DNA of 63,992 nt, the filler included, from an uncultured Methanosarcinales archaeon (GTDB lineage: Archaea > Nanobdellota > Nanobdellia > Woesearchaeales > CALCXY01), in the NCBI GenBank assembly GCA_964385185.1. It is 4 parts of 4 records of this genome, joined end to end, with 100 filler letters (N's around TTAATTAATTAA, not from the genome) between each part and the next. Parts side by side here need not be neighbours in the genome. Positions count along the whole stretch, not along the records: positions 26,178 to 50,852 come from CAYLOA010000016.1; 3 more parts are not named here. The stretch is one strand, 5' to 3'. Below the pieces are notes generated by a model, which was not told the origin of the DNA, made no database searches, and saw only the letters and a program-made list of their open reading frames with translations. Below, in pieces: positions 40,344 through 49,980 of this stretch. Numbering within the stretch: the first letter of the stretch is position 1; every line of letters starts with the position of its first letter. Both the position numbers and the translations under genes were made by a program.

Positions 40344-41600
40344 TCACCATTTTTGTATTTTTCCTCTCATAAAATCGAATGCGATTCCCACCCATACAAT
40401 GGTGAGTAGGAATGAATAGAGTATTAAATATGCTGGAACAGCAAGTCTTCCTCTAGATTTCCATGATTCTTTTGTATATATGTGTGCGAAATATATAATA
40501 ATCATACCTAATGAAAAAATGACAAAAGCATAAAATACATTGGTGTAGTTTACTTGGATAAAGGAAAAATTAAATTGATATCCTTTTATGAGTGTGATGA
40601 TGTCAAAATTGATATACGCTAATGAAGCCATATATTTGTATGCAGGTTTGATTAAGTCATGGATGGCAATGGTTATGAGGACTAGGGCTAGAATTCCTGC
40701 CGACATGACTCTTGGTGCATGTTGCATTCCAAACTCTTCATATTTTTTGTTGAACATCAAGCCACGGTAACGCCACATGTTAATTAATGATCCTTTGTAC
40801 CATCTATTTCTTTGGCTATAGAATTGGGAAAATTTCTTAGGAGCAATAGTCAATACTTCTGCGTCTAATGTTTGGACAATTCGGTAATGATGTTTTTGTA
40901 GGCGGAGAGTAATTTCAAGATCTTCTGTTAAGTTGTGTTCGTCAAAACCTTTTAGTTTTTTTAGGACTTCTGTTCTGTATACTGAGAAAGGTCCTGGAGA
41001 AACATGGACACAGTCTAAGATTGCCATGAGTTTCTTGTAGAAAAAATTGATAAGGTATTCTGACCATTGGACCTTTTGAAGGAAATTAGTTGTTTCTTTT
41101 AATTTCATTAAAGGTAAGACGGTTGCAATGTCAGGAGCATCAAAATACGGGAGAAGAATTTTTAGGGTATCTTTTCTTGGTTCTGAATCTGCATCGAGGC
41201 AGACAAAAAATTCTCCCTTGGTTTCTTTTAGTCCTGCGTTTAATGCTGCACCCTTTCCTTTATTTTTTTGTGTTATGAGTTTAATATTATAGAGAGGGTG
41301 ACTGTTGATATATTCCTCAGTTATTTTCTTTGTGTTGTCTGTTGAACCGTCGTTGATTACGAGAATTTGTAATTTATCCTTGGGATATTCCATATTGATT
41401 ACTGAATTTAAGGTGTCTGCAATTGATTCTTCTTCATTGTATGCAGGAATAACTATACTTGTTAAGGGGAAAGAATGTAATTTCTTTTTTACGGTGTATT
41501 TATCTGGATCTTCATCGAGAAGGACTAATAACCAGAAAATTAGAAAATAGGAGGCTATAAGAAACGCAATCCAGACTGCTATTTCGCTGAGTAGTAACAT
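40344..41600 (-). CDS. Processive GT2 glycosyltransferase (cellulose/hyaluronan/PNAG synthase-like)
   Basis: DGSTD, DAD, TED, QRNRW; flanking TM helices. Confidence 0.88.
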   Translation of the reverse strand: MLLLSEIAVWIAFLIASYFLIFWLLVLLDEDPDKYTVKKKLHSFPLTSIVIPAYNEEESIADTLNSVINMEYPKDKLQILVINDGSTDNTKKITEEYINSHPLYNIKLITQKNKGKGAALNAGLKETKGEFFVCLDADSEPRKDTLKILLPYFDAPDIATVLPLMKLKETTNFLQKVQWSEYLINFFYKKLMAILDCVHVSPGPFSVYRTEVLKKLKGFDEHNLTEDLEITLRLQKHHYRIVQTLDAEVLTIAPKKFSQFYSQRNRWYKGSLINMWRYRGLMFNKKYEEFGMQHAPRVMSAGILALVLITIAIHDLIKPAYKYMASLAYINFDIITLIKGYQFNFSFIQVNYTNVFYAFVIFSLGMIIIYFAHIYTKESWKSRGRLAVPAYLILYSFLLTIVWVGIAFDFMRGKIQKW

Positions 41601-41627
41601 TTTTGGGTAGGTTGTTTGGATATGGCT

Positions 41628-42935
41628 TTATTTTACTTGCCAGATCTCTACTCCTTGAGCTGAATAAACGTTTTTAAAGGTTTCGTCATTACGTAATAAG
41701 AAGAGTAATCCTTCATCTGGTTGGTTCCAGACGAGACCATTTTTCATTTCTTCGTCTATGAAGATGTATTCTATTTCTGATTGTGATATTAACTGTATTG
41801 CTTTCTCTAGATTTCTCGTGTGGAGTAATTCTTCGGGATTTGTGATGGTTTTTTTCTGGGCTATAGCTTGAATCCAGTAATTTCGAGAAGGATGGGAGAG
41901 GACAGTGTAGAAATGTGGTTCATCATCTAATAACCACTCTAAAGCTTCAATCTGTTCTGGATGAGGAGAGGTTTTTGCAATTGTTGAGAGAAAAGTAACG
42001 TTGGCTATGATTATTCCAATTATAATAAGGTATAGTGATAATTTTTTTAATCTTGGAAGTTCCCATGTTGATGTCATGACAGAGAGTAAACCGAAGGCTG
42101 CTAAAATGTGGATAGGGATGTAGAGATAGATGGAGGCTTCTGGAATCCAGAGAGTTATGGTTGCTATTATTATGAGGAAAATAAATAGTGAATAGTAGGA
42201 CTTCTTCTTTTTCCAGAGATAGAGGAGTCCGAGGATGGCTAATAATAAGTAAAAAAGACTTAATCCATACCAAGATCCTAGTTCGACGAATAAATTTGAA
42301 ATTCTTGGTAAGAGTTGAGGCATGGGGTATTTGTAGTATACTTGAAGAATGACAGTTTGTAATGTAAGGAAGATTGCTATGAATGGAGCATGGGAACAGG
42401 TTTTCTTTTTAGCAACGGCAAACGAGATGAGCAGGATTATGGTGCAGATGGCATAGACTCTGCCCATGAAAGGGATGGTAGCTAGTAGTAAGGTTGCTAT
42501 AATTGAGTTTCTCAGAGTTCCTGAAACCATAAGGTAGATTGATGCAACGGTTATGAGTAAGATTAACGGTAGAGGTGATGAAAAATAAATTAATGAGAGA
42601 TAGAACGGTGTGAAGATGAGCATAATCATGGAGAGATTCCTTATTTCAGAGTCTAATCCTAACTTTGAGAGGAGTGAAGGGAGTATTAATAGGGTGAGAA
42701 TTGTTAAGATGGAGGGGAGGATGATTGAGAGGAGGAATGGTGATAGAGATAGTAAATTATGGTAGAGATTTGGGGAAAGACTGGTGAGTGATTCTGCTGT
42801 TGCTAGGTGAAGATACGATTCAGCTCCTGGCAGAGTGGGTGATAATGTGAGCCTTAGTGCTAAAAGTATGAGGGGTATGAGTATTAAAATGGTGTACTGG
42901 ATTGCTTTGGGATTATTTTTTAATACATCTTTCAT
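41628..42935 (-). CDS. Multi-TM GT-C/STT3-like membrane protein
   Basis: About 11 TM plus soluble C-domain EALEWL..VLS. Confidence 0.6.
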   Translation of the reverse strand: MKDVLKNNPKAIQYTILILIPLILLALRLTLSPTLPGAESYLHLATAESLTSLSPNLYHNLLSLSPFLLSIILPSILTILTLLILPSLLSKLGLDSEIRNLSMIMLIFTPFYLSLIYFSSPLPLILLITVASIYLMVSGTLRNSIIATLLLATIPFMGRVYAICTIILLISFAVAKKKTCSHAPFIAIFLTLQTVILQVYYKYPMPQLLPRISNLFVELGSWYGLSLFYLLLAILGLLYLWKKKKSYYSLFIFLIIIATITLWIPEASIYLYIPIHILAAFGLLSVMTSTWELPRLKKLSLYLIIIGIIIANVTFLSTIAKTSPHPEQIEALEWLLDDEPHFYTVLSHPSRNYWIQAIAQKKTITNPEELLHTRNLEKAIQLISQSEIEYIFIDEEMKNGLVWNQPDEGLLFLLRNDETFKNVYSAQGVEIWQVK

Positions 42936-44428
42936 ATGACTTCCTCAACTTTGCATAATACTTCGAAAATTCTCACTTCGTCATTTTTGTAGACTGTTTT
43001 TAGGCATTTTCTATCAAAAATATCTAATTCGTGAATTTGGTAGTATTCTTTTATTGATTCTGAGAAGATGATGTAGTTAACATTGTATTTTGCCGTTATA
43101 GTGTAGGCTTCTGTTTGTGAAAATGTGGTATAGAGTCTTTCAATATCTTGAGCTCTTTGCTGGGTGTTTGCTATCATTAAAAAATTTGAATCCATTACAT
43201 TTTTTCTTTTTCCTAGATGGGTGATAAGATGACCATCGTCAATCTTTGAGAGGATGATTGATGATTCTGGTGTGTTTTGTAACCAGGTGAATGCTTCGAT
43301 TTCATTATCTGAATACGCTTCTGAAGTTGTTTGTGCACCTAGTACTATTGCAGGGAGGATGGATGTTAGTAGGAAGGATGTGAAGATTAATGCTAAGAAG
43401 TATGATTCCCACTTGGCAAACTTTGTTTTTTGGATGTAGTTGATCGATAGTTTGAATCTTTGTGCAAAGAGGAGGAGAAGGACTGATCCTAGGATCATTA
43501 ATCCAGAAGTGAAGGGGATGAGTTTAAACCAGAGGAGGATACCTGCTGCGAAAACAAATGAGATGAAGAGATAGATGTTTTTTTGATGTTCTCTGAATAA
43601 ATATCTGTATATTACGTAGATTCCATAGAATAAGGGGATGAGTCCAATTTGATAGGTTGCTTGAAGTAATGTAAAATCTTGGAAATAGTTTTGGAGTAGA
43701 CTTGGAGGGATGTTTAATGTTAGTAATTGTGTTCCATGGAGGAGTAAAGCGTTTCTGAAAATTAAGAATTGTGAGAATATTATGAATAAGGTTGAGAAGA
43801 TCATCACTTCGTTTTCTGCTTGATTTGTTTGGAGACCTTCCACTTTGATAAAAATATAGTAGAGGACAAATGCTAAGATGTAGATTATTGAGGATGGATG
43901 GAGGAGGGCGATTGCTGATATGGTGAGGGCTGCTTTTATTCCATACTTTTTATCATGTTTAATATTTACGAAGTAGTAGAGTGAGAGGAAGAGTAAAGGT
44001 ATGATAAGAGAGAATACTGAGATGTCGTTTAGGGTAGTTACAAAGAAGATTGGGATGAAGGGTGAGATGACTGCTCCTAATAATGCAATGTTTTCGTTGT
44101 TTGTGGATTGTATTACTAATCTGTATATAATGAAGACTATTGAGGAGATGAAGATGTTAGGTAGGATTTTTGCAACTAGATGTAATGGTAGGAAAACGTT
44201 GAAAAATGCTAAGACGTACATGAATAATGGATTGAATAATAACGTTCTTCCTGCATGACTTAGGGTGTCTGTGAATAATGGAATTCCCTGATGTGTGATG
44301 TGTTCCACTTGTCTTAGAATGAAGTAAGCGTTATCTGAGGAGAAGTTTGCAGTTGAGAAGGCAAACTTTAGTCTTATGGCTAATGTTAAAGCGAAAATAA
44401 GCCATAATAGGAAGGTTGAACGTTTCAT
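42932..44428 (-). CDS. Multi-TM GT-C/STT3-like membrane protein
   Basis: AYFILRQVE, many TM, C-domain EAFTWL..ILS..GHLI..D. Confidence 0.65.
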   Translation of the reverse strand: MKRSTFLLWLIFALTLAIRLKFAFSTANFSSDNAYFILRQVEHITHQGIPLFTDTLSHAGRTLLFNPLFMYVLAFFNVFLPLHLVAKILPNIFISSIVFIIYRLVIQSTNNENIALLGAVISPFIPIFFVTTLNDISVFSLIIPLLFLSLYYFVNIKHDKKYGIKAALTISAIALLHPSSIIYILAFVLYYIFIKVEGLQTNQAENEVMIFSTLFIIFSQFLIFRNALLLHGTQLLTLNIPPSLLQNYFQDFTLLQATYQIGLIPLFYGIYVIYRYLFREHQKNIYLFISFVFAAGILLWFKLIPFTSGLMILGSVLLLLFAQRFKLSINYIQKTKFAKWESYFLALIFTSFLLTSILPAIVLGAQTTSEAYSDNEIEAFTWLQNTPESSIILSKIDDGHLITHLGKRKNVMDSNFLMIANTQQRAQDIERLYTTFSQTEAYTITAKYNVNYIIFSESIKEYYQIHELDIFDRKCLKTVYKNDEVRIFEVLCKVEEVI

Positions 44429-44494
44429 AGTAGATAATTGTTATTGTTGGTATTTAAAGGTTAGGGATTGTTTTAAAGGGGCTAAAACGGAAAT

Positions 44495-44539
44495 GGCTTG
44501 CACAGCAAGCCGACTCTCGCAGTCTTACGACTGCGAGTT
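44495..44539 (-). repeat. Double-hairpin intergenic element, copy D
   Basis: + strand GGCTTGC-ACA-GCAAGCC then GACTCTCGCAGTC-TTAC-GACTGCGAGTT. Confidence 0.88.
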
Positions 44540-44604
44540 GCGTTGTTATTGTTTGGTCTATTTTCATGGTAATGTATATAAACTTTGGACTGTTGTTATA
44601 GTTT

Positions 44605-45282
44605 ATGGAGAGGGTTAATTCTGGGAGTGAGGAATTTGATGCATTTCTGAGTGGAGGGTATGAGACTGATTGTATTACTGCAATCTACGGCCCTGCAGGG
44701 AGTGGAAAAACTACTCTTTGTTTGTTAGCGGCTATAGGTGCTGTGAAAAGAGGTAAGAAAGTACTCTTTGTTGATACTGAAGGAGGGATTAGTGTTGATC
44801 GATTAGGACAATTAGCCTCTGGGGATGGGAGTATTTTAGAACATTGTTTGTTTTTACGGCCTACAACATTTGTTGAGCAAAAAAAACAGATTGAAAAGAT
44901 AAAAGATATGGTTTCTGATAGTATTGGACTTATTGTATTAGATACAATTGGAATGTTGTATCGTGTAGAGAGAGGACAGAGTTATGATCCCTATGAGATT
45001 GATAATGCTCTTGAGAGTCAGATTAGTAGTTTGAGTGAGATTGCGAGAGTTAAGAAAATACCAGTTTTGATTACCAATCAAGTGTATGATAATCTTAAAA
45101 CTGATAGTGTGAAAATGGTCGGTGGAAATTTATTAGGATATAGTGCCAAGTGTTTGGTAGAGTTGAAGAATTTGACCGGTGGAAAGATTGCATTTTTACG
45201 AAAACATAGAAGTCTTGAAAATAGAGAGATGCCGTTTAAGATTATAGAATCTGGATTACAGGTTGAGAAAAAAATAATTTAA
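44605..45282 (+). CDS. radB: DNA repair protein RadB
   Basis: GPAGSGKT, VDTEGG, TNQVY, C-terminal KHRS. Confidence 0.92.
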   Translation: MERVNSGSEEFDAFLSGGYETDCITAIYGPAGSGKTTLCLLAAIGAVKRGKKVLFVDTEGGISVDRLGQLASGDGSILEHCLFLRPTTFVEQKKQIEKIKDMVSDSIGLIVLDTIGMLYRVERGQSYDPYEIDNALESQISSLSEIARVKKIPVLITNQVYDNLKTDSVKMVGGNLLGYSAKCLVELKNLTGGKIAFLRKHRSLENREMPFKIIESGLQVEKKII

Positions 45283-45545
45283 GGTAAAGGTCTTCTTTTT
45301 AGGATAATTGCTGTAATGATTGCTCCTACAGATAGGATTATTGCAGCGATTGTGAAATCGTGTGATTTTACTATCTTTTCTATAACTGGGATTTGATGGC
45401 AAGCATAATCAGAACCACAATAAAATCCTTCTTCACAGTCTGTGTTTGAATTACAATCTCTCGATTCTATGGTTACATAGTATCCAATTATGAGTATGAT
45501 GATAAGTCCAAAGATAAAGAATCCTGCATTTGCTTTTTTGTTCAT
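45279..45545 (-). CDS. Small 2-TM protein with Cys-rich loop
   Basis: DCNSNTDCEEGFYCGSDYACH between TM segments. Confidence 0.65.
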   Translation of the reverse strand: MNKKANAGFFIFGLIIILIIGYYVTIESRDCNSNTDCEEGFYCGSDYACHQIPVIEKIVKSHDFTIAAIILSVGAIITAIILKRRPLP

Positions 45546-45631
45546 TAAATAGGAGAATCAGGGGGCTTTTTTAAGGATTTGTATTTATAATTTAACAGTT
45601 AACTTTATAAATACCCTCAGAGTTACTATCT

Positions 45632-45688
45632 TTATTACCGATACTGCTAAGGTGATAAATATGCAGCATCTTCTTAGTACGGTAATGG
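45632..45688 (+). promoter_or_regulatory. Structured 5' leader of rps2
   Basis: ATTACCG/CGGTAAT and TGCTAAGG/TCTTAGTA stems between the TATA box (45604) and ATG. Confidence 0.5.
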
Positions 45689-45698
45689 ACATGTTAGA

Positions 45699-46298
45699 AT
45701 GGCTGAAAAAGAACTATTAGTATCACAGGATCAGTACCTAAAATCAGGTATCCATATTGGAACTAAGTTTAGGACTAAGTATATGGCGAGATTTATCTAT
45801 AAAACTCGACCTGATGGTCTTAGTGTATTAAATCTTCAAGAAATAGATGAACGAATCAAAGTTGCAGCTCAATTTCTTGCTCAGTATGAATCAGAAGACA
45901 TCCTAATTGTAAGTCGAAGAGAAAATGGATGGAAAGGAGTAAAATTATTTGGAGAATTAACTGGAGCTAAAACTTTTCCAGGACGATACCCTCCGGGCGT
46001 TATGACTAATCCTAATTTGAACAAATTTATAGAGCCAAAGATTGTTTTAGTAACTGATGTTTGGCCTGATAAGAATGCAGTAATTGATGCAGTTAAGATT
46101 GGAATTCCAGTTCTTGCTATGTGTGATACAAATAATCAATGTAATAATATTGATTTGGTTATTCCCTCTAATAACAAAGGTAAAAAATCACTAGGATTAT
46201 TCTTCTATATCTTAACAAGAGAAGTTCTTCGAGCTAAAGGTAAATTAAAACCTGATGAAGAGCTTAAGCAGACTATTGAAGATTTTACTGAAGAATAA
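45699..46298 (+). CDS. rps2: 30S ribosomal protein S2 (archaeal)
   Basis: YLKSGIHIGT, RPDGL, GRYPPG, CDTNN, IPSNNKG. Confidence 0.95.
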   Translation: MAEKELLVSQDQYLKSGIHIGTKFRTKYMARFIYKTRPDGLSVLNLQEIDERIKVAAQFLAQYESEDILIVSRRENGWKGVKLFGELTGAKTFPGRYPPGVMTNPNLNKFIEPKIVLVTDVWPDKNAVIDAVKIGIPVLAMCDTNNQCNNIDLVIPSNNKGKKSLGLFFYILTREVLRAKGKLKPDEELKQTIEDFTEE

Positions 46299-46668
46299 AT
46301 TCTGTTAAGGTTGTACTATATGATTCTCTTTGGAGTGTAATTTTTGTAGTTATGGTTGCTTTATTGTTTTCTATGGTTACAATTATGGGTTCTTCTTGAG
46401 TGATCGTTATTGTAGGGAATAATTCATTGTTTATACATGTTTCAAATGCTCTTTGTAGGAGGATGGGGTTGTTTTGAAACTTCTCTTCTAGGCAAGTGTG
46501 TAGGTAATCATTTACTTGGGCAAAATCTTTTGCATTTGTAGTTTTTATATTGTATGCTTGGCCTGTTTTGAGGTCAGTTGTTGTATCTATAGTTATGAAG
46601 ATGAATAAGAGTGAAGCTGTTACTATGATTGCTAATGTTAAGTAGAGTGTGATTAGCTTTGTTTGCAT
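46285..46668 (-). CDS. Hypothetical protein with N-terminal TM
   Basis: Hydrophobic N-terminus; TATA box upstream. Confidence 0.5.
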   Translation of the reverse strand: MQTKLITLYLTLAIIVTASLLFIFITIDTTTDLKTGQAYNIKTTNAKDFAQVNDYLHTCLEEKFQNNPILLQRAFETCINNELFPTITITQEEPIIVTIENNKATITTKITLQRESYSTTLTEFILQ

Positions 46669-46738
46669 ATAAGATATTAATTCGAGAAATATTTAAATCT
46701 AGCTATTCTTAAAAAAAAGAAAATAAAAAATTAGAAAT

Positions 46739-47205
46739 TTATTCTTTCTTTGGTTCTTCAGTTTCTTCTGGAGATTCTTCAGCTGGTTCTTCAGCAGGAG
46801 NNNNNNNNNNNNNNNNNNNNNNNNNNNNNNNNNNNNNNNNNNNNNNNNNNNNNNNNNNNNNNNNNNNNNNNNNNNNNNNNNNNNNNNNNNNNNNNNNNNN
46901 GATTCTTCAGCAGGTTCTTCTGGAGATTCTTCCATAGGTTGTGCTTCTTCAGTTGATTCTTCAGCAGGAGCGTCTGATTCAACTGCACCTTCTGCGTCGC
47001 CAACTTTTTCTGCGAAACCTACTTTTCTCAGAACTCTGGTTATTTTAATTCTTACTTCGTCTCCCTCGTTTACACCAGGTACGAACAGAACAAAACCGTC
47101 CTTCTTTGCGATACCGTCTCCTTTGGCACCAACTGCTTCTATTTTTACATCTAATTCGTCGCCTTCTCTTACTGGTGGCGTCATTCCAGGTCTTTCGTCA
47201 TACAT
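46739..47205 (-). CDS. TRAM-domain protein with acidic Glu/Pro tail (spans scaffold gap)
   Basis: PPVREG..GAKGDGIAK..GFVLFVPG; after the gap the tail reads PAEEPAEESPEETEEPKKE-stop at 46739. Confidence 0.85.
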
Positions 47206-47279
47206 TTATATTCACCTTTATTGTCTTTACATTTCTTATGAAATGCATAGAAGTTAGTGGTTAGAATATGTTTATAAAG

Positions 47280-48413
47280 TTATTTGTTTTGTTCCCAAGC
47301 TTCCTTTACTGCTTTAGCTATAACTGGGACAACGTCTTTATTTGTTGCGTAAGGTAGAATTTCATCTTCTGTTGGATTTTCGATTATTCCTGCTAGGGCA
47401 ATTGCTGCTGCTAGCTTCATATCTTCTGTGATTTTAGTTGCTTTAGCTTCAAGAGCACCTCGAAATATTCCTGGAAATCCTAGTACGTTGTTTACTTGGT
47501 TTGGAAAGTCGGAACGGCCCGTTGCAATTACTTTTGCTCCTGCTTCTTTTGCTAAATCTGGTAGTATTTCTGGATCTGGATTTGCCATGGCCATGATTAT
47601 CGGAGAGGTGTTCATTGATTGAACCATTTCTTTTGAGACGCAATTTTTTACTGAAAGACCAATGAAAATATCTGAGTTTTTTAATGCTAATTCTAGATTA
47701 CCTGATTGATCTGTTGTGAATTCAGCTTTGTATTCGTTTACATCTGTTCTTTCTTTTGAAATAATTCCTTTTGAGTCTAGTAAAGTGATGTTTGTAATTC
47801 CGTAATTTTTTAACATCTTTCCTACTGCAATACCTGCAGCTCCAGCACCGTTGATTACTACCTTTGCTGATTTGTCTTTGTTTGTGACTTTTAAAGCGTT
47901 GATAATTGCTGCTAAACAGACTACGGCTGTTCCGTGTTGATCATCGTGCATCACTGGAATACCTAAGTCTTGTAATTGCGCTTCTATTTCAAAACATTTA
48001 GGAGCTTTAATGTCTTCTAAATTAATTCCTCCAAATCCGGGAGCAATGTTTTTTGCTATAAGGATAATTTCCTCTTGATCTTGGGTTGTAGTGCAGATGG
48101 GAAAAGCATCAATATCTGCGAAAGCTTTGAATAATGCACATTTTCCTTCCATGACTGGTAGGGATGCTTCAGCTCCAATATTGCCTAGGCCTAGGACTGC
48201 TGAGCCATCTGAGATAACTGCTACCGTATTTCCTTTGAATGTATATTTGTAGACGTCTTCTTTGTTCTTTGCTATATATCTGCAAGGTTCTGCTACACCT
48301 GGAGTGTATGCTAGTGATAGGTCTTCTTTTGTGTTTAAAGGCATTTTTAAGGAGATTGCTAGTTTGCCTTTTTGTTTCTCATGTAATAGAAGAGATTCTT
48401 GTTGTGTATCCAT
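47280..48413 (-). CDS. Malic enzyme (NAD(P)-dependent)
   Basis: LAYTPGVA, DGSAVLGLG, INLEDI, HDDQHGT, GAGAAG, FPGIFRGAL. Confidence 0.93.
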   Translation of the reverse strand: MDTQQESLLLHEKQKGKLAISLKMPLNTKEDLSLAYTPGVAEPCRYIAKNKEDVYKYTFKGNTVAVISDGSAVLGLGNIGAEASLPVMEGKCALFKAFADIDAFPICTTTQDQEEIILIAKNIAPGFGGINLEDIKAPKCFEIEAQLQDLGIPVMHDDQHGTAVVCLAAIINALKVTNKDKSAKVVINGAGAAGIAVGKMLKNYGITNITLLDSKGIISKERTDVNEYKAEFTTDQSGNLELALKNSDIFIGLSVKNCVSKEMVQSMNTSPIIMAMANPDPEILPDLAKEAGAKVIATGRSDFPNQVNNVLGFPGIFRGALEAKATKITEDMKLAAAIALAGIIENPTEDEILPYATNKDVVPVIAKAVKEAWEQNK

Positions 48414-48484
48414 TTAGAGTTGGATTGGTTGTAAGTTTAAAAGAGTTTTGTAATAGAGAATTGGAGAAATACGAAAAAGGTAAT

Positions 48485-48528
48485 GGCTTGCACAGTAAGC
48501 CGACTCTCGCAGTCTTACGACTGCGAGT
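48485..48528 (-). repeat. Double-hairpin intergenic element, copy E
   Basis: One mismatch to copy D over the shared stretch. Confidence 0.88.
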
Positions 48529-48623
48529 GATTCGCTTGGACTACTGTTCTGAGAAATATGGTAAAATAATTTAGAAGGAGTATTTAAAAAAAGGAAAATA
48601 AAAGAAAAAAATAATTAGTTGGT

Positions 48624-49592
48624 TTATGCCACGTCTTTTAGACCATCAGTCGTGACAAAGAAGTTACACTCACCATCAGGAAGGTTTGGAGCGTCGACAA
48701 GTTTGGCAACACGTGATCCTTTCTTACCTTTTCTTAGGTAGAGTCTAAATGTTGAAGCGTGTGCAACAACGTGACCACCAATAGCTTGAGTTGGATCTCC
48801 AAAAAAGACATCTGGCTTAGCCATCACTTGGTTTGTTACATAGACACACAGATTATGTGAGTCTGCAAGTTTTAGTAAAGCGTGCATGTGCTTATTCAAT
48901 TTTTGTTGCCTCACTGCTAATGTGCCACGTCCGATAAACTCTGCTCTGAAATGTGCGGTGAGTGAATCGATGACCACTACTTTTACATCCAATTTATCTT
49001 TTGTAATGATATCTTGGATTTTTTCTACTAAAAGCATTTGGTGATCTGAGTTAAATGCTCTAGCCACTTTAATGTTTTTTAGACATTCTTGTGGATCTAA
49101 TCCTGCTCCTTTTGACAGTTCGATAATTCTCTCTGGCCTGAACGTATTTTCTGTGTCGATATAGACAATAGAACACCCTGGATAGGTTTTTTGGGCATTG
49201 ATTGCCAATAAATGACCTACCTGGGTTTTTCCTGATCCAAATTCACCAAAACATTCAGTGATAGAACCTGTTTCAAATCCACCAGCCATGAGTTCGTCAA
49301 ATGATGCTGAACCTGTTGAAATCTTACTAATAGATTTTCTCTTTTCTAATAGGTCTGAACCCGATTCAAAACCCATTTCCATAGAATCTCTTGCTGCATT
49401 AATCATTTTTCGTGCAGCAGTCTCTGTTACACCAGCGATTTCAATTAATTCTCCAGGTGTGGATACGGCGACAGCCATAACTCCATTAAATCCTGATTCT
49501 TCTAATTTCGAAACCGTTGCAGCCCCTACACCAGGTAGGTCCTCGATTTTCATCTCTTTTTTTTCCATTTTTATTATTTGTTTTACAGTCAT
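48624..49592 (-). CDS. radA: DNA repair and recombination protein RadA
   Basis: HhH N-domain, GEFGSGKT, IDTENTFRPER, DSL, TNQV, GGHVVAH. Confidence 0.96.
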   Translation of the reverse strand: MTVKQIIKMEKKEMKIEDLPGVGAATVSKLEESGFNGVMAVAVSTPGELIEIAGVTETAARKMINAARDSMEMGFESGSDLLEKRKSISKISTGSASFDELMAGGFETGSITECFGEFGSGKTQVGHLLAINAQKTYPGCSIVYIDTENTFRPERIIELSKGAGLDPQECLKNIKVARAFNSDHQMLLVEKIQDIITKDKLDVKVVVIDSLTAHFRAEFIGRGTLAVRQQKLNKHMHALLKLADSHNLCVYVTNQVMAKPDVFFGDPTQAIGGHVVAHASTFRLYLRKGKKGSRVAKLVDAPNLPDGECNFFVTTDGLKDVA

Positions 49593-49664
49593 TGTAATCA
49601 TCCTCCGTTTATTAATATTGTTGTGTTATAGTTTTAAAAAAATAAAAAAAATTGGAAAGTAGCT

Positions 49665-49949
49665 TTATGCTACTTCCTCTGCAATTCCAGGGCCTTGAGT
49701 AAGAGATACATGCTCATAGGCCTTCGTCAGGACTAAAGATACCCGAGGGATGTCTGTAGTTCTGAAAGAAGTTGTATTCTTCCAATTACCTTCTTTGTCT
49801 TTATAACCCCGTGATAGTGTTATAGACTTGTAGGCAAAGGTTTCACCTGTTTTTTTAGTGCCTTCGTTATTCCAAACTGAAGCACTGATTCCGCCAGCTC
49901 TAAATTGAGTCTCTGGCTGTTTTCCTGTATTTTCGTTTTTTATTTCCAT
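49665..49949 (-). CDS. Small putative ssDNA-binding protein (PC4/Whirly-like, inferred)
   Basis: PETQFRAGGISASVW..SITLSRGYKDKEGNWKNTTSF; SD GAGGT; directly upstream of radA. Confidence 0.55.
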   Translation of the reverse strand: MEIKNENTGKQPETQFRAGGISASVWNNEGTKKTGETFAYKSITLSRGYKDKEGNWKNTTSFRTTDIPRVSLVLTKAYEHVSLTQGPGIAEEVA

Positions 49950-49980
49950 TTTTATTACCTCTTCCTTGTCGGATTTTTTT

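Noticed and set aside
46699..46800. Apparent frameshifted C-terminus of the TRAM protein in the ORF track
   Set aside because: Caused by the arbitrary 100-N gap; the acidic tail continues in another frame to a stop at 46739.
38367..48528. Hairpin repeats as a CRISPR array or canonical attC sites
   Set aside because: Copies are kilobases apart between housekeeping genes, with no spacers or cas genes and no consistent RYYYAAC/GTTRRRY ends.
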